Shown one piece after another: positions 20,118 through 27,387 of a stretch of 64,000 nucleotides of DNA (positions are counted from its first letter, which is position 1; the number at the start of each line of letters is the position of its first letter). The stretch is from Clostridiales bacterium (GTDB taxonomy: Bacteria > Bacillota > Clostridia > Christensenellales > Borkfalkiaceae), in NCBI GenBank assembly GCA_015055655.1, contig SVHW01000001.1, positions 15,465-79,464 on the forward strand. The letters run 5' to 3'. The notes below the pieces were generated by a model. That model was not told where the DNA came from. It worked only from the letters and a program-made list of their open reading frames with translations, and searched no databases. A program made the position numbers and the translations under genes.

Positions 20118-20786
20118 TTATTTCGTTAAATCCCAGTCAATCGGCGGTAAGCCGTGAGAAATAAGGTATTCGTTCGTTTTGCTAAACGGTTTGCTTCCAA
20201 AAAATCCGTTGTAGGCGGATAAGGGAGAGGGGTGTACACACTCGATAATATGATGTTTGCTGCTATCAATCAGCGGTTTTTTACTTCTTGCGTTTCCGCC
20301 CCAAAGGATAAAGACGACGTGTTCTTTTTGCTGGGAAATCAGCTTGATTACGCTGTCAGTAAACCAAGCCCAACCGCATTTGCTATGAGAGTTGGCTTGA
20401 TGTTCGCGAACGGTAAGAGAAGTGTTCATTAAGAGGACGCCCTCGTTTGCCCATTTGGTCAAATCGCCGTTTTTCGGTTTAGGGCAGCCGATATCCGCCT
20501 GCAATTCCTTGAAGATATTTTCCAGCGACGGGGGATTAGGCACGCCGTCTTTGACGGAAAAACAAAGCCCGTGCGCTTGCCCGACGTTGTGATAGGGGTC
20601 TTGCCCCAAAAGCACCACGCGCAATTTTTCAAAGGGGGTAAAGCGGAAACAGTTATATAAATCGTACATATCGGGATAAACCACGTGGTTGCGATATTCC
20701 TCGATTAAAAACTGTCTTATTTTTTGATACCGTTCGTCGGCAAAAAGTAGGGCAAGCCGAGTATTCCAATCGCCTAAATCGACCAT
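20118..20786 (-). CDS. ung: Uracil-DNA glycosylase
   Basis: GQDPYH water-activating loop, HPSPLSA leucine-intercalation loop, family 1 UDG length. Confidence 0.93.
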   Translation of the reverse strand: MVDLGDWNTRLALLFADERYQKIRQFLIEEYRNHVVYPDMYDLYNCFRFTPFEKLRVVLLGQDPYHNVGQAHGLCFSVKDGVPNPPSLENIFKELQADIGCPKPKNGDLTKWANEGVLLMNTSLTVREHQANSHSKCGWAWFTDSVIKLISQQKEHVVFILWGGNARSKKPLIDSSKHHIIECVHPSPLSAYNGFFGSKPFSKTNEYLISHGLPPIDWDLTK

Positions 20787-20807
20787 AATTTCACCTTTGT
20801 AAAAAGA

Positions 20808-21464
20808 TTATAATTCCTCAAAAAGGATGGGAAGGTAGGCTTTCAAATTTTGCAAAGCCTTATCTTTATTTATCAAAAACTGTTCGGTAGTGCTGCCGCT
20901 GCCTGCGACGTCGGAGATAGCTTTTACGCTATACACGGGAAGGGTTGCCGAATACGCCGCTTGCACAATCGCCGCACCTTCCATATCTCGAATATCCGCC
21001 TTCAATTCTTCCGTCAAAAGTTTATAATCGGCAGGGGAATCGTTAAATCTATCCGACGTACCAAGCTTTTTAAGGGGCAATTTCGCACAGAAATGGTTCA
21101 ACGTGAGGTAGTTTTCTTGGTATTCGTCAAGCGTACCGATTTTCGTGCCGTTAAGCTGGGTTAAATCGAAGTCAAATTGAACGGCTTCGTCGATTTGGTA
21201 AACGGCGCAAAGTTCCGTGCCTTGATTCAAACCGCCAGCCACGCCGAAATTGAATAATTTTCTCGCGTCAAATTTACTTACGAGGATTTGCGCGCCGAGC
21301 GCGGCGTTCACTTTTCCCACGCCGCATACGCAAACGGCGGTTTCTTTGCCGTAAGCCATACCTACGTGCACTTTTTTGCCGCTAACAGTCAGCGTGCGGC
21401 TGATTTTCATATCTTGAAGCAGGATATCCGCTTCACTTTGCATGGCAATAACAACGCCAATCAT
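20808..21464 (-). CDS. mtnN: 5'-methylthioadenosine/S-adenosylhomocysteine nucleosidase family protein
   Basis: PNP_UDP_1 fold pattern: MIGVVIAMQSEA, GVGKVNAA, DMEGAAI. Confidence 0.8.
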   Translation of the reverse strand: MIGVVIAMQSEADILLQDMKISRTLTVSGKKVHVGMAYGKETAVCVCGVGKVNAALGAQILVSKFDARKLFNFGVAGGLNQGTELCAVYQIDEAVQFDFDLTQLNGTKIGTLDEYQENYLTLNHFCAKLPLKKLGTSDRFNDSPADYKLLTEELKADIRDMEGAAIVQAAYSATLPVYSVKAISDVAGSGSTTEQFLINKDKALQNLKAYLPILFEEL

Positions 21465-21496
21465 ATTCTCTCCTTTAAAAACGTCTTTCGTTTTTC

Positions 21497-21547
21497 TTGC
21501 AATTTCGTAAAATTCGTGATATAATAAGAATATCCTTATAGGATATT
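21497..21547 (+). promoter_or_regulatory. Candidate sigma-A promoter plus a perfect 8-3-8 inverted repeat operator
   Basis: TTGCAA (21497), 17-nt spacer, TATAAT (21520). AATATCCT-TAT-AGGATATT at 21529-21547, just downstream of the -10. Confidence 0.4.
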
Positions 21548-21588
21548 TTTACCACACACGTAGATTATTATAACAGGAGCGAAAAAAA

Positions 21589-22047
21589 ATGTCAAGGGCT
21601 GAAAGGGCAAAAGAATATTTTTTACAAGGATTTGCTTGTTCGCAAGCGGTAGCGCTTGCTTTTGCCGATATAATAGGTATTGACGAAACGGCGATACGAA
21701 AGCTGATGCTTCCCTTTGGCGGTGGCGTAGGGCGGTTGCGGCTCACCTGCGGCGCGGTCAGCGGTATGGCGTTCGTTATCGGTGCGGTATTTGCAGACGG
21801 CGAAAATACGCCTGAAAACAAGAAAAAAACGTACGCTATCGTACAAGAACTTTGCGGAAAGTTCAAAGAAAAAACGGGCAGTTTGATTTGCGCGGAACTG
21901 CTTGCCGCGATGAAAGTCCCCGTAGAGATAGGTGGCGAGGCGGAAAAGCGAACGAAGGAATATTACCAAAAGCGTTCTTGCGCGGATATGGTGGTGTTGG
22001 CAACGGAAATCTTGGAAGAGTACTTAATAGGGAAAAGTGTTTTATGA
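21589..22047 (+). CDS. C_GCAxxG_C_C family protein
   Basis: FACSQAV and LTCGAVSG motifs, plus C-terminal Cys residues typical of the family. Confidence 0.8.
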   Translation: MSRAERAKEYFLQGFACSQAVALAFADIIGIDETAIRKLMLPFGGGVGRLRLTCGAVSGMAFVIGAVFADGENTPENKKKTYAIVQELCGKFKEKTGSLICAELLAAMKVPVEIGGEAEKRTKEYYQKRSCADMVVLATEILEEYLIGKSVL

Positions 22048-22166
22048 CGACAAAAAAGAAATGAGTTTTTGCTTGGTCGTTAAGTATTATCATTGTAATC
22101 ATATTGGGCGGTGTTGGATATTTTATTTACGACGATACAAACGGTAAAAGTGCATACATAAATTGA
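22044..22166 (+). pseudogene. 40-codon micro-ORF encoding one TM helix, interrupted by an in-frame TGA at codon 7
   Basis: ATG overlaps the upstream stop (ATGA). Reads MTTKKK-TGA-VFAWSLSIIIVIILGGVGYFIYDDTNGKSAYIN-TGA in a single frame. Confidence 0.25.
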
Positions 22167-22232
22167 TTCAAACCAAATATGAACAAGTGGACGCTACATT
22201 AAGAAAAACTGAAAACTGTAAACTGTAAACGA

Positions 22233-22260
22233 AAACGGCGGACAATCTTGTCCGCCGTTT
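22233..22260. terminator. Terminator downstream of ychF (hairpin usable from both directions)
   Basis: AAACGGCGGACA-ATCT-TGTCCGCCGTTT. Confidence 0.7.
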
Positions 22261-22275
22261 ATCAATTATATTCTA

Positions 22276-23391
22276 TTATTTATTGCTTTTGGAAACGTTG
22301 AAATAATATTCCACAACGTCGCCGTCTTGCATAATATATTCCTTGCCTTCGCTGCGCACTTTGCCTTCCGCTTTTGCCGCCGCGATAGAGCCGAGGTTGA
22401 CGAGGATTTCCCAGTTGACGACGTCCGCGCGGATAAAGCCTTTTTCAAAATCGGTGTGGATTTTGCCTGCCGCTTGGGGCGCTTTCGTGCCGTTGACAAT
22501 CGTCCAAGCGCGCGTTTCCTTTTCGCCTGCCGTAAGATAGGAAATAAGCCCAAGAAGCGCATACGATTTTTTAATCAATCTATCGAGGCCGCTTTCACCT
22601 AAGCCGAATTCTTCCATAAACAACGCTTTGTCGTCGGGGTCCATTTGCGATAACTCTTCTTCCGTTTTTGCGCAAATAACCAGCACTTCCGCGCCTTCTT
22701 TTGCTGCAAATTCCTGCACTTTCACAACGAAGGGGAGTTCGTTTTCCGCTTTGCCCATATCGCTTTCCTTAATATTTGCGGCGTAAATCACGGGTTTTAC
22801 AGTTAAAAGGAAACAATTTTTCAAAAACTCGTCTTCGCCGTCAGCGAGGGGGAAGTTGCGGGCAGGTTTTTCGCTTTCAAGATGCTTGTACAATCTTTCC
22901 AAAAAAGCGTATTCTTCTTGCGCTTTCTTATCCGCGCCGCCGCGTGCCTGCACTTTCACTTTGTTCATACGGTTTTGCACCGCTTCCATATCCGACAAAA
23001 CGAGTTCGAGATTTATCGTTTCAATATCGTTTACAGGGTCGATTTTATTATCGACGTGCGTGATATTGGTGTCTTCGAAACAGCGTACGACGTGCACGAT
23101 AGCGTCCACCTCGCGGATATGGGAAAGGAATTTATTGCCCAAGCCCTCGCCCTTGGATGCGCCTTTTACGAGCCCTGCAATATCCACGAATTCAATCACG
23201 GCAGGGGTAACCTTTTTGCTTGCGTACAGCGCAGCGAGTTTATCCAAACGTTCGTCAGGAACGGCAACGACACCGACGTTAGGTTCGATGGTGCAGAAAG
23301 GATAATTGGCGCACTCTGCGCCGGCGTGGGTAATAGCGTTAAAAAGAGTAGATTTGCCAACGTTAGGCAGACCAACAACACCGAGTTTCAT
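22276..23391 (-). CDS. ychF: Redox-regulated ATPase YchF
   Basis: MKLGVVGLPNVGKSTLFNA, DIAGLVKGAS, C-terminal TGS-like domain ending in VVEYYFNV. The track's start at 23439 adds 16 non-conserved residues. Confidence 0.93.
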   Translation of the reverse strand: MKLGVVGLPNVGKSTLFNAITHAGAECANYPFCTIEPNVGVVAVPDERLDKLAALYASKKVTPAVIEFVDIAGLVKGASKGEGLGNKFLSHIREVDAIVHVVRCFEDTNITHVDNKIDPVNDIETINLELVLSDMEAVQNRMNKVKVQARGGADKKAQEEYAFLERLYKHLESEKPARNFPLADGEDEFLKNCFLLTVKPVIYAANIKESDMGKAENELPFVVKVQEFAAKEGAEVLVICAKTEEELSQMDPDDKALFMEEFGLGESGLDRLIKKSYALLGLISYLTAGEKETRAWTIVNGTKAPQAAGKIHTDFEKGFIRADVVNWEILVNLGSIAAAKAEGKVRSEGKEYIMQDGDVVEYYFNVSKSNK

Positions 23392-23546
23392 AAATATACG
23401 TCGTCCTTTTCGGTTTTTTACGCATCTATTATAATACAAAATTTAAAAATTAGCAAATTAAAGTTGGCGGAATTGAAAAAATACTTGCTCAAAAATAAAA
23501 AATATGATATAGTAATATGGTAAAAACGAACGTTAAAGGGTAAATT

Positions 23547-25232
23547 ATGGATTACAAGAAATATATTGCCGAAAAATTACAAATAGAAGGGGTAAGCAGC
23601 GACGAGATATACGATTTGCTTGCGCTGCCGCCCAACACGGAAATGGGCGATTACGCGTTGCCCTGTTTTAAGTTTGCAAAAATTTTGAGAAAAAGCCCCG
23701 TAATGATTGCGGAAAGCTTAAAAGACGCGGTGACAACGGACGAAGTTATCAGCGAAGTTTCCGCTGTCAACGGCTATCTCAATTTCAAAATCAATAAAGA
23801 CGGTTTTGTACGCGCGACGTTGGATAAAATCTTATCGCAAAAGGAAAAATACGGCGCGGATAACATTGGTGCAGGGAAAACGGTATGTATCGACTATTCG
23901 TCTATCAATATCGCAAAGCCTTTCCATATCGGGCATTTGTCCACGACGGTGCTTGGCGGCGCGCTGTATCGTATTTTTAATTACCTTGGCTATCAAGCGG
24001 TGGGTATCAACCACCTTGGCGATTACGGCACGCAGTTTGGTAAACTGATTTCCGCATACAAACGTTGGGGCGATAAAGAAACGATAGAAAAGGGCGGAAT
24101 CCGCGCGCTGAACGAACTGTACGTGCGCTTCCATAAAGAGGCGGAAATTCACCCCGAATACGACGACGAAGCTCGCGCATACTTCAAGAAAATCGAACAG
24201 GGCGATGAGGAGTGCCTTGCGCTCTTCCATTGGTTTAAGGATTTAACCCTTAAAGACGTACAAAAAATCTACGATATGCTCGATATCCATTTCGATTCTT
24301 ACGCAGGGGAAAGCTTTTACTCGGATAAAATGCAACCGATTGTGGACGAACTGAAAGACAAGGGCTTGCTGACGGAAAGCCGCGGCGCGCAAGTGGTGGA
24401 TTTGGAAGAATACGGCATGCCCCCTTGCATTATCTTGAAATCGGACGGCAGTTCGCTTTACGCCACGCGCGATATGGCGGCGGCGCAGTATAGAAAAACC
24501 ACGTACGATTTTGATAAATGCTTGTACGTAGTTGCTTATCAACAAAACTTGCACTTTAAGCAGTTCTTTAAGGTGCTGGAAATGATGGGCAAAGATTGGG
24601 CGAAAGACCTCGTTCACGTTGCGTACGGTATGGTATCGTTGGAAGAGGGCGTTATGTCCACGAGAAAGGGCAACGTCGTGTTCTTGGAAGACGTTATCAA
24701 CAAATGTATCGAAAAAGCGTACACGATTATCGACGAAAAGAACCCCGATTTGGAAAATAAAGAAGAAGTAGCCAAAAAAGTAGGCGTTGGCGCAGTCATT
24801 TTCGGCGCGCTGTATAATAATAAGATTAAGGACATCGTCTTCTCGTACGATAAGGTGCTTAATTTTGACGGGGAAACGAGCGTTTACGTGCAATACACCT
24901 GTGCAAGAGCCAACTCCGTTTTACAAAAGGGCGGTGCGCCTGAAAGCTTTGAAATCCCCACGCTTTGCAGCCAAGAAATCGAGCTTGTAAAAGCGCTCGC
25001 CACCTTCCCCGACACGGTGAAAGCGGCGGCGGAGAAATACGAACCGTCCTTTATCGCAAGATTTGCTGTGGACGTATCGCAAAAGTTCAATAAATTCTAT
25101 TTCGATTGCAAAATTTTATCTGCCGAGGACGAAACGACGAAAAAATTCCGTCTTGCGCTCACCAACGCCACCTTGCAAGCGCTCACCAACGCGTTTGCCT
25201 TGCTCGGTATCGGTATTCCCGACAAAATGTAA
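23547..25232 (+). CDS. argS: Arginine--tRNA ligase
   Basis: Class I signatures PFHIGHL and MSTRKG, C-terminal anticodon-binding domain, typical length. Confidence 0.95.
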   Translation: MDYKKYIAEKLQIEGVSSDEIYDLLALPPNTEMGDYALPCFKFAKILRKSPVMIAESLKDAVTTDEVISEVSAVNGYLNFKINKDGFVRATLDKILSQKEKYGADNIGAGKTVCIDYSSINIAKPFHIGHLSTTVLGGALYRIFNYLGYQAVGINHLGDYGTQFGKLISAYKRWGDKETIEKGGIRALNELYVRFHKEAEIHPEYDDEARAYFKKIEQGDEECLALFHWFKDLTLKDVQKIYDMLDIHFDSYAGESFYSDKMQPIVDELKDKGLLTESRGAQVVDLEEYGMPPCIILKSDGSSLYATRDMAAAQYRKTTYDFDKCLYVVAYQQNLHFKQFFKVLEMMGKDWAKDLVHVAYGMVSLEEGVMSTRKGNVVFLEDVINKCIEKAYTIIDEKNPDLENKEEVAKKVGVGAVIFGALYNNKIKDIVFSYDKVLNFDGETSVYVQYTCARANSVLQKGGAPESFEIPTLCSQEIELVKALATFPDTVKAAAEKYEPSFIARFAVDVSQKFNKFYFDCKILSAEDETTKKFRLALTNATLQALTNAFALLGIGIPDKM

Positions 25233-25249
25233 TAAAAAACACAACTTTT

Positions 25250-25281
25250 CCCGCAAGCCAACCGCTTGCGGGGATTTTTTT
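25250..25281 (+). terminator. Intrinsic terminator after argS
   Basis: CCCGCAAGC-CAACC-GCTTGCGGG followed by a T-run. Confidence 0.75.
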
Positions 25282-25291
25282 ATAAAAATTC

Positions 25292-25321
25292 TTGACATTT
25301 AATTGGAAAAAGTGGTACAAT
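25292..25321 (+). promoter_or_regulatory. Candidate sigma-A promoter for the collagen/LRR lipoprotein gene
   Basis: TTGACA, 18-nt spacer, TACAAT. Confidence 0.5.
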
Positions 25322-25451
25322 ACAGTTGCCAAATCAATTTTATAAAAAGCACAGAGTATCTCTTTTTAGGTGGAGTATACTCTTTATCGCGTTTACAATC
25401 ACTCTGTGCGTAAATTGGTTTGGCGACTATGCGATGACGGTATTTCTACAG

Positions 25452-25482
25452 ATGTCGTTCTTGCATAGGACGACATTTTTTT
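25452..25482 (+). terminator. Intrinsic terminator inside the 5' leader (candidate attenuator), 19 nt upstream of the lipoprotein ATG
   Basis: ATGTCGT-TCTTGCATAGG-ACGACAT followed by TTTTTTT, then GAGGAG RBS and ATG 25501. Confidence 0.55.
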
Positions 25483-25500
25483 GTGAGGAGAAATACGTAT

Positions 25501-27252
25501 ATGAAAAAGAAATGGTTGATATCTTTGGCGACGTTGACGCTTGGCGTAGCGACGTTTGGCTTGGTTGGCTGTGGCGAACCCGGCGAAAAAGGCGACAAGG
25601 GCGACAACGGAAAATCTGCCTACGAAATTTGGTTGGAGGCAGGAAACGAAGGCACGGAAGAAGACTTTTTGGCGTTCTTAAAAGGTGAAAAAGGCGACCA
25701 AGGCGAAAAGGGAAACCAAGGCGACAAGGGTGACCAAGGCGAGAAGGGCGACCAAGGCGACAAGGGTGACCAAGGCGAAGACGGCTTGGACGGCAAATCT
25801 GCCTACGAGATTTGGTTGGATAACGGCAACGAGGGCACGGAAGAAGATTTCCTTGCTTGGTTGAAGGGATTAAACGACCATACTTTTGGCGATTGGCAAG
25901 TTTTCACGGACGGCGACGTGCCTTGTGAACAACGTATGTTCTATCGTATTTGCGAAGATTGTAGCGTAATCGAGTGGAAAAACGGCGATTATGACGACCA
26001 CGATTGGGAAATCGTAACGACGGAGCCTACCTGCATTTCGCAAGGATACGATACGAAAACGTGTAAAATATGCGGCAAAGTGGAAATCGAAAATTATACG
26101 CCCGTTTCCAGCCACCATTGGGAAACGGAATATACAACGAATAAATCCTTCCATTGGATAGATTGTAAAGATTGTGACGCGACGAAAGATAGCGGTGAAC
26201 ATACGACGGACGACAGCGGCTATTGCACGGTTTGCGACGCGCCTGTTGGTGATACGGAAGGGTTGTTGTACGCTATCTCCGCCGATGGCACGTACGCAGA
26301 AGTAATCGGTTATGAAGGCACGGCAACGAAAGTGATTATTGCTGATACGTATGGCGATTTACCCGTTAAAAATATTTATGTAGATGCCTTTTATAACAAT
26401 GACAATATCACGTCCGTAGTTATTCCTGACAGCGTAACAAGTATTGGCGGTTATGCGTTCTATAGTTGTAACAGCTTAACGGCTGTAGTAATCCCTGACA
26501 GCGTAACAAGCATTGGCGAATGGGCGTTCTCTAATTGCGAAAGCTTAACGGACGTATATTATAACGGCACAATAGACGATTGGGTGCAAATAGAATTTGA
26601 AGACGATTCATCTGGTCCATTTGCGGAAAATTTCTATATCAACAACCAATTGGTGACGGAAGCAAAAATAACGACGGCAACAAAGATAAACGATTATGCG
26701 TTCGAGGGTTTCGACGGCTTAACGAGTGTTGTAATAGGAGACAGCGTAACGAGTATTGGCGAACAGGCGTTCTCTGGTTGTAACAGCTTAACGGAAATCG
26801 TAATCCCCGACAGCGTAACAAGTATTGGCGGATGGCCGTTCTATGGTTGTAATAAATTAACCTACAATACGTATCGCAATTGTAAATATTTAGGAAACGA
26901 AGATAATCCTTATTATGCGTTGATAGAGGTGGTAGATAATAATTACAGCAGTTATCAAATCCACGAGGATACGAAAATAATTGCGGGTAGGGCGTTTGAC
27001 GGGTGCGCCCGTATGGGAAGTATAATAATCCCCGACGGCGTAACGAGTATTGGCAATGGTGCGTTCATGAGTTGTGGCTGCTTAACGGAAATCGTAATCC
27101 CCGACAGCGTAACGAGCATTAGCAATTATGTGTTCTGGGGTTGTGACTTAACGATATATTGCGAGGCGGCAAGTCGGCCCAGCGGTTGGGATAGTAATTG
27201 GGATTATGGTTGTTATTCCGTAAACGTCGTTTGGGGATACAAAGGCGAATAA
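25501..27252 (+). CDS. Lipoprotein with collagen-like GXY repeats, a Cys-rich middle region and BspA-type leucine-rich repeats
   Basis: Signal peptide with lipobox LVGC. GEKGDKGD.. runs. Duplicated KSAYEIWL..GNEGTEEDFLA.LKG module. At least 6 repeats of IPDSVTSIG..AF..C..LT. ATG 25501 follows a GAGGAG RBS. Confidence 0.8.
   Translation: MKKKWLISLATLTLGVATFGLVGCGEPGEKGDKGDNGKSAYEIWLEAGNEGTEEDFLAFLKGEKGDQGEKGNQGDKGDQGEKGDQGDKGDQGEDGLDGKSAYEIWLDNGNEGTEEDFLAWLKGLNDHTFGDWQVFTDGDVPCEQRMFYRICEDCSVIEWKNGDYDDHDWEIVTTEPTCISQGYDTKTCKICGKVEIENYTPVSSHHWETEYTTNKSFHWIDCKDCDATKDSGEHTTDDSGYCTVCDAPVGDTEGLLYAISADGTYAEVIGYEGTATKVIIADTYGDLPVKNIYVDAFYNNDNITSVVIPDSVTSIGGYAFYSCNSLTAVVIPDSVTSIGEWAFSNCESLTDVYYNGTIDDWVQIEFEDDSSGPFAENFYINNQLVTEAKITTATKINDYAFEGFDGLTSVVIGDSVTSIGEQAFSGCNSLTEIVIPDSVTSIGGWPFYGCNKLTYNTYRNCKYLGNEDNPYYALIEVVDNNYSSYQIHEDTKIIAGRAFDGCARMGSIIIPDGVTSIGNGAFMSCGCLTEIVIPDSVTSISNYVFWGCDLTIYCEAASRPSGWDSNWDYGCYSVNVVWGYKGE
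25684..25794 (+). repeat. Tandem 9/18-bp coding repeats (collagen-like GXY tract)
   Basis: GGCGACCAAGGCGA(C/G)AAGGGTGACCAAGGC... encodes 12 consecutive G-X-Y triplets. A shorter tract lies at 25573-25614. Confidence 0.85.
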
Positions 27253-27266
27253 ACGGATAAATGGAT

Positions 27267-27298
27267 AAAAAAGCAAGGCGTTTTGCCTTGCTTTTTTT
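27267..27298 (+). terminator. Intrinsic terminator after the lipoprotein gene
   Basis: AAAAAAGCAAGGC-GTTTT-GCCTTGC followed by TTTTTTT. Confidence 0.75.
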
Positions 27299-27387
27299 GC
27301 GCAAAAAATTTCTCCCAAAAAATTTTCTGCCAAACTATTCCATTTTTTGGACAAATGTGTTATTATTAAAAATAAGGTGCAAAAAAG

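Noticed and set aside
22062-22064. Alternative genetic code (TGA as a sense codon), suggested by the in-frame TGA in the micro-ORF.
   Set aside because: TGA is used as a genuine stop for rimO (ATGA overlap with pgsA), mutS and spoIIIAE. All long conserved genes end at expected lengths under code 11.
23440-23546. Possible T-box leader upstream of argS.
   Set aside because: Only about 107 nt are available, containing a plausible promoter. No specifier-loop, T-box (AATTAGGGTGGTACCGCG-like) sequence or terminator/antiterminator pair is visible.
25326-25688. 120-aa ORF (TTG start) covering the leader and the start of the lipoprotein gene.
   Set aside because: It is out of frame with the clearly real lipoprotein CDS (signal peptide, lipobox, GXY repeats). 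Its product is an Arg-rich translation of the GXY repeats. The region is better explained as a structured leader.
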